Shown here piece after piece: positions 1 to 12,695 of a stretch of DNA of 64,000 nucleotides. Made by a program: the position numbers and the translations under genes. The notes below the pieces were generated by a model. The model made no database searches. It was not told the origin of the DNA and saw only the letters and a program-made list of their open reading frames with translations. Source of the stretch: Octopus vulgaris (taxonomy: Eukaryota); NCBI GenBank assembly GCA_951406725.2, contig OX597816.1, positions 155,744,001-155,808,000 of the forward strand, in the 5' to 3' direction. Every line of letters starts with the position of its first letter. The stretch's first letter is position 1.

Positions 1-549
1 TATGTGTTATTTTGCCATTTTTGACTGATTGGGCCATTGAGAGTTTTGGTCAATCATGTTGACCTGAGTAGTGATTCTGGTCTGGTGCTTACTTTATCGA
101 CCTCTTGTTATTGAAATGTTAAGTGACAGCTTTTGATATGACAGACACACAATTCTGCACCAGGACTTATTCAAAAAACAACACCAAAAAAACAAAAAAC
201 AAAAAAAAAAACAGTATTATCCAAAAACATAAACGTACATGCAGTCTCTCTCTCTCTCACACATACACCTACACACATTGTAACACCTTAATTGTTGTCA
301 GGGCTTCGATTTTGCATAATAGATTTAATGGATTTTAATTTAGGTTCATTTTTTCATATTCTCTCTCTGGAAAGCATCTTACGGTCATTTGGTTCAAAAT
401 AACTCATGCTAAATCATAAGAAGTTCGAGGAAGCCATTGTTTTAAATGTAAAGAACCTTCTATTTCCTTACACTGAAACTATCTCCTATCTCTGTGATTA
501 CTAGTATCTTGGGGTTAGTAGCCCATGCTCTTAACCACTATGCTATATG

Positions 550-785
550 CCATGGCTAGGAGTGCAGGCTACTAACCCCAAGAATCCGAGTTCAATTCCA
601 GGCAGTGACCTGAATAATAATAATAATAACAACAACATCGAAAAATACCTTAGGAATGAGAACTCAGGTTCGAAATTTCCCCCAAGACACCTGATGAAGG
701 CTGGAGGGTATACCAGCTGAAACGTGTTAACAACAAACAAGATGGGGACAAATATCCGTCAAATGCAAATAATGTAAATAATATA
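550..785 (+). mobile_element. tRNA-headed short element with (TAA)n and hammerhead-like 3' part
   Basis: B box gagttcaattcc (588-599); gacac-CTGATGA-aggctgg..ccagct-GAAAC-gtgtt (686-728); inverted head copy at 507-545. Confidence 0.55.
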
Positions 786-844
786 AATAATATATATATA
801 TATCATCATCATCATCATCATCGTTTAGCGTCCGTTTTCCATGC

Positions 845-970
845 TAAGGTAATAGAAGAAATGGAGCAACATGTAACAATTAGAAGTTGATCATCAGTAT
901 TGAATGATTATTCAATACTAATGGTTAACTTCTAATTGTTATGTGTTGCTCCTTTTCTTCTCTTACCTTA
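845..970. repeat. ~125-bp palindrome
   Basis: taaggtaatagaagaaatggagcaac / gttgctccttttcttctcttacctta, centred on ttgaatgattattcaa. Confidence 0.88.
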
Positions 971-1118
971 TCTGAATATATTAAATCACGGTTTATCATT
1001 TAAATTGCCAACTACTGTTAATCTTAAGCAAGGCCTATACGTAGTTAGGTAATGCACGAGTAGTGCCTATGGATATATTTATCCCTTAGACGGTTGCATA
1101 ACCTCTAACTCATAATTT

Positions 1119-1161
<43 letters not shown>

Positions 1162-1186
1162 GTTAAATCATAGAACATTAAAGTGA

Positions 1187-1271
1187 AGACCCTGAAGAAA
1201 CTACACCAGTATTATTATAGAGTTACCATTGCAACAATTACTAACTGATGCGTAGAAACATGTGTAGGCCT
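1187..1271 (+). ncRNA. Hammerhead-like motif
   Basis: agacc-CTGAAGA-aactacaccagt..actgatgcgta-GAAAC-atgt-GTA-ggcct. Confidence 0.5.
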
Positions 1272-1344
1272 ATTTGAAGCTGTATATATATATTTAAAAA
1301 AAGAATTCAAGGTAGCGCTATGCCCCTTCATAATAATCCTTTTC

Positions 1345-1347
1345 ATC

Positions 1348-1380
<33 letters not shown>

Positions 1381-1920
1381 GAGTGAGAGAGCAGTGCATG
1401 CCATCAAAGTGACACTGGAGTAAAATATACGAAGCCCAGTATACCCATCATGACTACCCGTCTGATAAGGGTATACCAGGCACATGCATCACAACCATAT
1501 GTGTGATCTCATCTCAAGATAAACAGCGCATGACCTTGTAGGTGGGGCCCAGTTAGAATTTTCCACAGGTCGAATAGCCCATCCCACTCAAAAGGTCCCT
1601 GAATAAGGGTTGTTTAAGGATGATGAACAAAACACCCATGTGAATTATCCAAACCCCAAAGAATTCCTCTCAAAACATGGTTATGATGCTCCCCAACTAC
1701 TTCTGTAAATGATCAGAGATGCACATATCGTTAGCCACCAGGGAACATGCTCAACTGGTTAAGGTCAAGCAACTGACAAGCAAATCAGTGGTATTGAGCA
1801 GAATATTTGCTGTAGCCCATCTTTTATACCAAGACAAAACAATGTACATAATAACACTTCCAATCAGTTAAGATCAGAAGCCATGAGAGCTACATCCTGG
1901 TACTGCATCAGGGCATGTTA
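1345..1920 (-). mobile_element. (TAA)n-tailed retroposon 3' region (second copy 32290-32596, +)
   Basis: Reverse-complement similarity between the two loci; both end ctgctctctcactcaat followed by TAA-type repeats. Confidence 0.7.
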
Positions 1921-1947
1921 TTATTGTTGTTGTTGGTGTTGTTGTTA

Positions 1948-1997
<50 letters not shown>

Positions 1998-2408
1998 TGG
2001 TAGAAAGCTTTGGCGTTGGTGCTAGTGCCACATAAAAAGCACTGATGATGATAAAAAGTACCCAGTACACTCTGTAAAGTGGTTGACATTAGGAAAGGTA
2101 TCCAGCTTTAGAAACCAAGTCACAACAGACTATGAGAGCTGGTTCAGCCACTGACCTTACCAGTGCTTGTCAAGCAGTCCAATCCATGCCAGCATGAAAA
2201 GCAAACAACATATAATGATAATGATTATGGCAATGATGCTATATATATTAAAACACGGTTTTACCTTTAAATTATCTACTACTGTATACCTAGGACTATA
2301 CATAGTAAGGTAATACACCAGGTGTGCCTACGGATACATCTATCCTGTAGATGGTTGCATAACTTCTAACTTATATTTTACCTATATATATAGATATATA
2401 TATATATC

Positions 2409-2690
2409 AGCGTCGCCTTACTGGCACTTGTGCCAGTGGCATGTGCAGGTGACATGTAAAAAACAGCATTTGAGCGTGGCCGTTGCCAGTACTGCTGGAC
2501 TGGCCCTCGTGCCAGTGGCATGTAAAAGCACCCACTACACTCTCGGAGTGGTTGGTGTTAGGAAGGGCATCCAGCTGTAGAAACACTACCAGATTAGATT
2601 GGATCCTGGTGCAGCTATCTGGCTCGCCAGTCCTCAGTCAAACCGTCCAACCCATGCCAGCATGGAAAGCGGATGTTAAACGCTGATGAT
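2409..2690 (+). mobile_element. Short RTE 3'-tail copy (representative of about 14: also ~2015-2240, 2915-3290, 5740-5885, 13365-13660, 21010-21185, 21465-21797, 23912-24085, 24505-24602, 24750-24925, 40128-40325, 42572-42898, 54558-54890, 56858-57022)
   Basis: Shared ggagtggttggcgttaggaagggcatccagctgtagaaa...catgctagcatggaaagcggacgttaaac(gat)n, usually abutting (TA)n. Confidence 0.85.
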
Positions 2691-2693
2691 ATA

Positions 2694-2726
<33 letters not shown>

Positions 2727-3288
2727 ATATATATTTGGAGAGGGAGAAAGAAAGAGAGAGAGGGCGTGGATCTAGTGGAAGGGTAATTAGTGCCATACAT
2801 AATATATTCATAATACATTAATAAATATTTCTGTCAGAGGCAGAAAAACAAATAAAATATATTTTCATCTAGAATTGCCAGCTTGATTTGATATATATAT
2901 ATATATATATATATCATCATCATCATCGTTTAATGTCAGCCTTCCATGCTAGCATGGATGGGATGGTTTCACAAGAGCTGACCAGTTAGAAGCCTGCACT
3001 AGACTTGTGTGACTGTTTTGGCAGGACTTTTACAGCTGGATGCCCTTCCTAGCACCAACTCTGCTCAGCAGAGTGGACTTAGTGCTTTTTATGCAGCACA
3101 AGCACAGGTGAGATCAGTTATGGCAAGATATTTACAGCTGGATTCCCCTCTGAACACCAATAACTTTACAGTGTGGACTGGGTACTTTTAAGTGACACCT
3201 GTACAGACAGGGTCACCAAGTACTTGCAAGACAAAAAAAACTTTCAAGAAGAAAGGGGGCATTGGAGGAGGTGATCTTGTGTCAGATA

Positions 3289-3335
<47 letters not shown>

Positions 3336-3358
3336 GCACACACACACATACATATATA

Positions 3359-3578
3359 TCAGGTTGTAACAAAAGTTCTGTCTATTTTTTTAAGGCTCAA
3401 TAAAACAATAAAGCAAAACAATATCTGATTATCTAATCATTAATTTAGTTGCCATTCTTCTCTGTGACCCCTTTCCATATGCCAATGAGCTTTTCAATAC
3501 TACATTCATAAAATTCCTTAGGTTTAGAAATGAGAAAGCAAATTAACTCATTTCCAACTTCTGCTCTTGAAGTAAATC
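3359..3578 (-). mobile_element. Mariner 3' terminal fragment
   Basis: TA-tcaggttg TIR-like start and C-terminal FYE..IEKL..W remnants. Confidence 0.45.
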
Positions 3579-3579
3579 T

Positions 3580-5147
3580 TCATCATCATCATTATCATCA
3601 TCATTTTATGTCTGTTGTCCATGTTGGTATGGGTAGGATGGTTTGACCAAGGCTGGTAAACTGGGGGTGGTGGTGCACCAGACTCTAGTCTGATTTGGCA
3701 TGGTTTCTATGGCTGAATGCCCTTCCTAATGCCAATCACTCCAAGAGTGTAATGAATGCTTTTATGGGCTATTGGCATGGGTGCCAGTTATGTGACACTG
3801 GCATCGGCCATATTGCCTCTGTGAGACCTAATGCTCAAATGGCATGTTTTATGTGCCACTGGCATGGGTGCCACTTATGTGATACCATGGCATTGCACTT
3901 GACTTGACAGGTCTTCCCAAGTATGGCATATCACCAAAGGTCTTGGTCACTAGTCATTGCCTCTGTGAAACTCAATGTTCAAAGATGATGCTTTACCACC
4001 TTGTCCCATGTCTTCTTGGGTCTGCCTCTACCACAAGTTCCCTCAACAGTTAGACATCAGCACTTCTTTACACAGCTGTCCTTGTCCATACACATCATAT
4101 GACCATACCAACACTGTCATCTCTCTTACACACCACACCTGATGCTTCTTATGCCCAACTTTTCTTTCAAGATGCTTATACTCTGATATACATGCACACT
4201 GACATTGCACATCCAGTGAAGCATACTACGTTCATTTCTGTGAAGCCTACACATGTCCTTGGCTTTCATAGCACATGTTTCACTGCCATGCAGCGTAGCT
4301 GTTTGCACACAGGCATCAAACAATCTGCCTTTCATTCTGGGGGAGAGGCCCTTTGTTGCCAATAGGGGTAGGGGATGTCTGAACTTTGTTCAACTCTATT
4401 CTTATTCTTGCAGCTACACTCTTGGAGCATCAATCTTTGCTACTGATTTGGTCACCTAAATAATGGAAGCTATCAACTGCTTCTAGCTTACCCCACTGGC
4501 TGTCGATGGAGTCTATTTTCTGCCCATTTTTAGTGTTTATTGTACCTGTGCACCTTTCACACACAAAACTATTTTTTCCTAGTTAATCTTCTTCTGATAT
4601 TGCTGCACCTTTTATGTGTTCCAAGCTTACACTGGGTACATTTAATAGAGTTTCTACCTATGCCTTTCCTACAGATTGAGCAGGGCCATCTAACTGAAGG
4701 GATTTGTGAATTGTCTGCTTTCCTATTTACTAAGACTTTGGTTATTGCAAGGTTAACTCTGAGGCCCTTTGATTCCAAACCTTGCTTCCACATCTGAAAT
4801 TTCTTCTCTAGTTCTGGTAGTGATTCAGCTATAAGAAGAAGGTCAACAACATAGCAGCCAGCTCATTTTCAATTCCTCTGTAATTGTCTGGAGGAATATG
4901 ATGAAGAAGAGGGGCTGAGGACAGGTCCTTGGTGAAACCCTACTTGTATCTTGAATTCATCGCTATACTCTCACCTCACTGACAGCATCTCTGTACATGG
5001 CTTGTACAGCTCTAACCACCCATTCATCTATCCCTAGTTTCCACATTGACTGCCAGATAAGGGATTGGGAAACTCTGTCAACAGAAGCCATGTACAGAGG
5101 TTTATGTTTGGCTATGTATTTCTCCTGCTGCTGCTTTACCAGAAATA
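3580..5147 (-). mobile_element. Degenerate RTE LINE copy (same family)
   Basis: Fragments WKQGLESKGLRVN..WPCSICRKG and KGRLFDACVQTATLHGSET; (CAT)n tail at about 3580-3600. Confidence 0.88.
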
Positions 5148-5289
5148 TATTTATATATATATATTTAAAATGGAAAGTATGGGATTCTGAATAGATATAG
5201 TAAGTATCATATTTAATATTTTATGGCTCGGACAGGTATAATATCTTTCCATGTTGATTGAGATGAGGGTGGTTCTGTCTCTAAAACTA

Positions 5290-5328
<39 letters not shown>

Positions 5329-7432
5329 GTTATATATATATATATATATATATGTTTATATTTATTTTGTGTGTTTGTTTCTGTGTTTGTCCCCAACACC
5401 ATCACTTGGCAACCGATGTTGGTGTGTTTACGTCTCTGTAACTAATGTCTCTGTAAGCAGTTTGGCAAAAGAGACTGATAGAGTAAATAACAGACTTACA
5501 AAGAATAAGTCCTGGGGTTGATTTCTTCAACTAAAAGGAGGTGGTCTAGCATGGCCACAGTCAAATGATTGAGACAGACAAAAGAATAAAAGAATGCGTG
5601 GCCCAAAAGTAGGTTTACAGTTATTCAACTATCTCTTTCACATTCATATATTAACAGTTGAGATCTTAATTATAAAACAATATGAAACCATTATTCTATG
5701 TTAATTTAGTTAATTTTGTCAAGCTCCCTTTTCAGTTTCTTGGAGTGGTTGGCATTAGGAAAGGCATCCAGCTATAGAAACTCTGCCAGATCAGATTGGA
5801 GCCTGGTGCAGCCATCTGGTTCACCAGTCCTCTGTCAAACCATCCAACCCATGCCAGCATGGAAAGCAGACGTTAAACGATGATATATATATATATGTAT
5901 ATGTGTGTGTGTGTGTGAAGTACATGCAATATACAGGGCTAGATGTTCCACCTAAATTTAAATGTTTTCATTGATAAATAACCCCCAAATCAAATGAATG
6001 AGCAAATAAGATTTTTAGTGTGAAATAATATTATAAGTAGAATTTGAGTTAGAAGCTCTTTAACAGGTGATCTGTGTAAATATATATATATGTACTTATG
6101 TATGCATGATAGGCTCACACCCCACTCCTGCCCCCATATACGTAGACATAATAAAGCAACAATGAGCCCAAGGTTAGTGAGTTATATAACGCTTGATCAG
6201 CTTGCCAGCTGAGAAATTTTACCTTTGAGTGAGAACTGAAAAACCCAGCTACAATAACCAGTTATTTTGAGAACAAAAGAAATTATTCACTTTTTCTTTT
6301 ACGCATAATTTTAGAACAAATCTGAGTGTCAATTAAGTATATAACATTTTTTTTTTCTAAGTTATCTGTGAAATAAGGCCGGTTGCTCAGCAATATCATA
6401 TATATTAATGGTTCTTAAGCCTTCTATCTCAGTGTCTTGATTCACCGAGTGGCATTTTATAACAGTCCTTTTTTACCTATGTTTTACAACCCTGATTGTG
6501 GTAAGAAGTTTGTTTCTGAACCACATGGTTTTGAGTTCAGTTCCACTGTGTGGCCACGTAGACAAGCATCTTCTATTATAACCTTGAACTGGCCAATGCC
6601 TTGTGAGTAAATTTGGTAGACAGAAACTGTGAGGAAGCTTGTTGTGTATGTGTGTGTGTGTGTGTACCTATGAATGTGTGTTTGTGTGTATTGTCTTTGT
6701 GTTTGTCCCAACCACCACTTGACAATTAGTGTTGATTTGTTTACATCCCTGTTACCTGATAGTTTTGCCAGCAAAAGAGACTGAAACCAAACTTAAGTAA
6801 GTACTGGGATCAATTTGTTCAATTAAACCCTTCAATGTGGTGCCTCTGCATGGCTGCAGTCCAATGATTTAAAACATGTGAAAGACAAAAGATAAAAAAA
6901 TTAACTACAACAAAGAAACAAAATAAAATGGAACCTTGTTGCAGCATCAGTCATGTTTCTGCTCACTGATAAAATGATGTCCTACTTAAGTTCTAATTCT
7001 AACAAATCCGCTTTTGAAAATGTGTTGAAATACAATCATTGTACTTATTTAAAATATTTTATCTTTTTGAAAATTCCTGTCCCCTCTAAACAACCAGTCC
7101 ATCCTCATAGTGTCACCTCAACATGTTTACAATAATACAATGAGGCTACTAGAGTTATATCTAATCAAATACTATGGAGTCGCTCACTTTCAGCTATTGG
7201 ATAGCCATTGACCCAACATAGTTCATCTATCCTTTGATGAGTTTTAATTTGCATCCTGTAGGGTATCCAATGAAAACCATCAAGCAGGCTTAGTAGAATT
7301 GCTGGTTTAGTCATTGACAGCCCAACCATGCAACAGATTGTACTAAGTTACATGTTAGCAGTAACACTAGGAGTGACCTGACCTGAATACACACACACAC
7401 ACACATAATGTATGTGTATTTACATACATATA

Positions 7433-9352
7433 CACTGATGCTATATTCCTGGTAAGGCAGCTGCAGGAGAAATACCTAGCCAAGGATAAGCCCCTGTACC
7501 TGGCTTTCGTTGACATGGAGAAAGCCTTTGATAGGGTCCCCCGATCCCTCATCTGGTGGTCAATGAGGAAACTAGGGATAGATGAATGGCTGGTGAGGGC
7601 TGTGCAAGCCATGTACAGAGATGCCGTAAGTAAGGTTAGAGTTGGCAACATGTACACAGATGAATTCAAAGTAGAGGTTGGGGTCCACCAGGGTTCAGTA
7701 CTCAGCCCCCTCCTATTTATCATAGTCCTCCAGGCAATAACGGAGGAATTCAAGACAGGTTGCCCCTGGGAGCTCCTCTATGCTGACGACCTCGCTCTAA
7801 TCGCTGAGTCACTATCAGAACTGGAGGAGAAGTTCCAGGTGTGGAAGGAGGGTTTAGAATCGAGGGGCCTTAGAGTCAACCTAGCTAAAACCAAAGTACT
7901 AATAAGTAGAAAGGTAGAAAATCCACAAATATCCTCAGGAAGATGGCCCTGCTCGATCTGTAGAAAAGGTGTAGGTAGAAACTCTATAAGATGTACCCAG
8001 TGTAAGCTATGGACACATAAGAGGTGCAGCAATGTCAAAGGTAGGCTAACTGGGAAGATAGTTTTTGTATGTGGCAGGGGCTCTGGAGCATTGACCTCCG
8101 AAAATCTGCAGAAAACAACTTCTGTCACTTTCCGGGGGAAAAACTAGAAGTAGTTGATAGCTTCCGCTATCTAGGTGACCAAGTCAGTAGTGGGGGTGGG
8201 TGCGCTGAAAGTGTAACTGCTAGAATAAGAATAGCCTGGGCAAAGTTTAGGGAGCTCTTACCTCTGCTGGTGACTAAAGGCCTCTCGCTCAGAGTAAAAG
8301 GCAGACTGTATGATGCATGTGTACGAACAGCTATGCTACATGGCAGTGAAACATGGGCCGTGACTGCTGAGGACATGCGTAAGCTCGTGAGGAACGAAGC
8401 CAGTATGCTCCGATGGATGTGTAATGTCAGTGTACTTACTCGACAGAGCGTTAGTACCTTGAGAGAAATGTTGTACCTAAGAAGCATCAGTTGTTGTGTG
8501 CAAGAGAGACGATTGCGCTGGTATGGTCATGTGGCGAGAATGGATGAAGATAGGTGTGTGAGAAAGTGCCAATCCCTAGCAGTTGAGGGAACCCGTGGAA
8601 GAGGTAGACCCAGGAAAACCTGGGACGAGGTGGTGAAGCACGACCTTCGGACGTTAGGTCTCACCATGGAAATGACTAGAGACCGAGACCTATGGAAGTA
8701 TGCTGTGCGTGAGAAGACCCGGCAAGACTAGTGAAGCCATAATCCGTGGCCCCTACCTGGGACGTAGTCAGTCCACCTGTGCATACCTTCCTTCTTGTGA
8801 CACTTGTGAAGACCTGTTGAGGCAAGTGAGAATCGAATCGTATCGAATCAAATCGAACCAAATCAAAATAGATGAACATCAATGGAATTTGTATCCTTGT
8901 GGTACCAGTGCCGGTGGCACATAAGAAAACCATCCGAACGTGACCGTAGCCAGTACCGCAATGACTGGCCTCCGTGCTGAGGGCACGTAACAAACACCAT
9001 CCGAGCATGGCCGTCCGCCAGCCTCGTCTGGCACCTGTGTCGGTGACACATAAGAAAACACCATCCGAGCGTGGCCGTCTGCCAGCCTCGTCTGGCACCT
9101 GTGTCGGTGGCACATAAAAAACACCATCCGAGCGTGGCCGTCTGCCAGCCTCGTCTGGCACCTGTGTCGGCACATAAAATCACCCACTACACTCTTGGAG
9201 TAGTTGGCATTAGGAAGGGCATCCAGCTGTAGAAACACTGCCACATCTGACTGGCCTGGTGCAGCCTTCGGGCTTCCCAGACCCCAGTTGAACTGTCCAA
9301 CCCATGCTAGCATGGAAAGCGGACGTTAAACGATGATGATGATGATGATGAT
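7433..9352 (+). mobile_element. RTE-clade LINE, 5'-truncated young copy with full 3'UTR and (GAT)n tail
   Basis: ORFs 7515..8147 and 8069..8731 (RT C-half, YADD, RRLRWYGHV, RGRGRPRKTW) joined by a 1-bp frameshift near 8135-8143. ~62-bp tandem units in the 3'UTR; ends gttaaacgatgatg. Confidence 0.95.
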
Positions 9353-9377
9353 ATATATATATATATATATATATATT

Positions 9378-10646
9378 TAGGGTACAATGAATAAATTGTT
9401 GCCTAAATTATGCAAAAGCGAAATTAACACATCTCATTTTAACAGATATATTTACCAAAATTACATGAAAATATCTTGAAATTCTAAAGAGTAAATTTAT
9501 TCAATAAAGTCGCCATTGGCTTCAACCACGACCTCCAAACGACTTCAGAATCTCTTGCAGCTCTGCTGGACAGTCTCCTTGTTTAAGTTGGTAAATGCCA
9601 TAATCCTTGCCTCCAGTTCATCTTTGGTGTTACAAAGAATTTTGTTGGTCTCTTGCTCAACTGTGCCTCACACATAATGAAGTGGGTTGCAGTCTGGGGA
9701 GTTAGGTATCCAGATGTTAGGGGTGGTGTAGTTGCAGAAATTGTCTTACAGCCATGACTGGGTTCTCCTGCTTGTGTGGCATGATGCAGATTCCTGTTGC
9801 CAGACACAGGGTCTTCCAGCAGCCACTCTCTTGACCCAGGGCAGCACTACCTCCTCCAGGCATTTGGTTTAGGCCTCTGAGTTGAGTCTGAGGCCGTGTG
9901 GGAAGATGAATGGAAGCATAATGTTGCTGTCACTAGTGACCACTCCAAACACTGTGATGTTGACTGGATGTTTGATTTTTATCTCTCTTGGTACATGTTT
10001 TGGGGACACAGCAAGCCAATGGTTGTTCCATGTGCTCATCATCTGATCCTGGCAGAAATTTTTGTTGTCTGAGAGAAACCAAAGCATGTTTGGTTGGAGG
10101 GGATGCTTGAGTTTGTTCAAAAGCTTTGTAGTACAGTCTTTCCTCTTGTCCTTGATGGCTTGGGATAAAAATTGGCCCTTTCTTATCTTGTATGAGGAAT
10201 ACCGAATGTCTTCATGCACTCCCTGCCTGAAGAAACTCAGACACTCCCACACTGGTGATGGACCTGATTGACTTGGAGTGATCATTGTCAATCATGGCCT
10301 GAATGTCACCAACAAATTCGGGAGTTCTTTTCTTATCAGAATGTCAGAGTAAGTATTCTGAGATGCTGTACCTTTGTAATAAACTCTTTTTGAATCCTCT
10401 GCACTGTCCTCAGATTCGCCCCAAACACTGAAATGTTTATATTGGAGCTTCCAGCACAAATACCAAGCAGTACAGCATTTCATTTCCACATATTTGGCAG
10501 AGTGAATTGCACCACGGTGCTGTTTTTCTTACAGATGGTGCCCAACTGATCCTACTATACTGTGCAGTTGATAAAATCAAAAACAAACAATGTGCATGTG
10601 TGAAATTAAAAATATAAAATGGTGACATTTTACCCATCACACCCTG
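9378..10646 (-). mobile_element. Full-length decayed Tc1/mariner maT (DD37D) DNA transposon
   Basis: Imperfect TIRs tagggtacaatgaataaattgttgcc / ggtgacattttacccatcacaccctg in TA context. WFLSDNK, WQQESASCH and PNSPDCNPLH, with 37 codons between the 2nd and 3rd catalytic positions. Confidence 0.85.
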
Positions 10647-11316
10647 TACACACACACACACATACACACACACACAGATCTGATTGTATATATCTGTGTG
10701 TATCTTTCACCAGTGTATTTACTTGAAGGATATAAACTTTGGTGAGGAAACTATTATAAAAGAAAAACAACAAAAAACAAAAAGAAAACGGTACTTCACA
10801 AAAGAATCAATTAAGTTATTTGTTCTGTATTGAGTTATAAACACCCGCTAGACACTCTGGCCATCAGAAATATATTGAAACATTGATTGACTTGTTGGAA
10901 GCAAATGTAATCAACTATAAAATATACATATAAATATAAAATACAACTATAATGATATGCAAATCAAATAAGACACCAAATTCATGAAATCTGAAATGTA
11001 GTGAAGAGAAATATTTCATCTGTTAATTGCAATAAAACATTTTCTTTCTCTCCTGAATCAGATAACGTTTGTCTAATCAAATTCTCAAATAACAATATTT
11101 CCTTTTCCTTTTTCTGTATTATTTTTGCATTTTGTCTTAACATTTTAAACTTGTAATTTTGTTTATGACCACCTCTATTTAAATAATGTTCTAATTAGCA
11201 TAATCAGTTAGGGGATGTTAAATTATAACTGAATTACTATTTATAAATCTGAAGACAATTATTTATAGATTTACTGATATAAGCTTATCAGTATGCTGAC
11301 ACATCAAACTGAGTAA

Positions 11317-11359
<43 letters not shown>

Positions 11360-12269
11360 ATTATCTATTGTGGAGGCATATGGCCTAATGGTAACAGCAG
11401 CAGACTCACAATCAAGGGATTGCAGCTTCAAATCTCAGCCTGGGCGATGTGTATGTTTATGAGTGAAATACCTAAGCTCCACGCAGCTCTGGCAGAAGGT
11501 AATGGTGAACTTCTGCTGACTCTTTCACCACAACTTTCTCTCACTCTATCTTCCTGCATCTAGCACATACAAGGGGTTTCCTACTGTTCCCATTTCCCAG
11601 ATTCACCCACAAGGCATTGGTTGGGTTAGAACTATTGTAAAAGATACTGGCCAGAAGTGCCACACTATGAGACTGAACTTGAATGTTTACCAATTTATTT
11701 TTTTTATTATATTACACTGATATTAAAGTACATTTGATTTATATTTAATGTTTTAATGCTGTTACTTTCAAGATTCAGGTTTAACATCAAAATACTTTTA
11801 CATAGCATAATATGAGTTTTCTTATGGCAATACTGTTCTTCCTTAACATTTTTGTTTAGGCATTAACTTTCATAACCTACTCCATCAAACAGTAAATGTC
11901 AAGGAAATTCATAGTTTACTGCTATCAAACAGAATACAAATACTTGATTACAATATGAAAGAAAAATATTCTCAGGTGTTTTAGAGACTTAATGAAATAA
12001 GATGCATGATATTACTTATTACCAAAGGGAATAATCTATCATTGTTGCAGACTATTTTTACTGAAGAAAAAAATAACATATATTATAAATATAATTAGTA
12101 CTATTGGGATTTGTGAGAAATTTTTGCTAAAGAAATAGGATTTCTTTATAATCATTTGCCATTATTGCTTGGTGTTACTCGAATAATTGATGCAACAATA
12201 AAACTGTAACTTGAGTAAAACAAAATTTAATTGGTCATTCATATAATTTTTTTGCCAAACTTGCATTAT

Positions 12270-12493
12270 TTAACCTTTTAGTATTCATGTTATTTTGTCA
12301 AAATTAATGCTTTTTTATTCATATTGTTTTGAATTAATTATGCATTATCTTGTAGCTGTGAGATAATTGTAGCTGTCAGAAAATTATCAATTTTTAGAAT
12401 GATATTGTAGGGTGGGTGTGAGAAGTAAGATCTGGACAATGTGAGTATAAAACAGGTAGAACATTTCGGCTGGTTTAAATGCTAAATAGTTAA
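12270..12493. mobile_element. TTAA-flanked MITE, decayed piggyBac-type
   Basis: ttaaccttttag...ctaaatagttaa imperfect inverted ends. Confidence 0.5.
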
Positions 12494-12657
12494 ATGGAAA
12501 TTGCAATTTTAGGTTCTGCATCTGTCTTGTGATGAAATCTTAGCTTTTAAAAAAGAAAAATCTAACAAAAATGGGTTACAGTTCAATTTTGTTGCCTCAG
12601 AAACATTTACTCAATTTTTGAGTTTTTCATGACCAGAAATATCCATCAACAGATAAA

Positions 12658-12695
<38 letters not shown>

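Noticed and set aside
6935-6982. Minus-strand mini-exon DIILSVSRNMTDAATR
   Set aside because: Weak splice sites and phase incompatible with the candidate ATG exon at 12.7 kb.
8905-9185. CRISPR-like array of ~62-bp repeats
   Set aside because: No unique spacers, no cas genes, eukaryotic context; it is the RTE 3'UTR tandem repeat.
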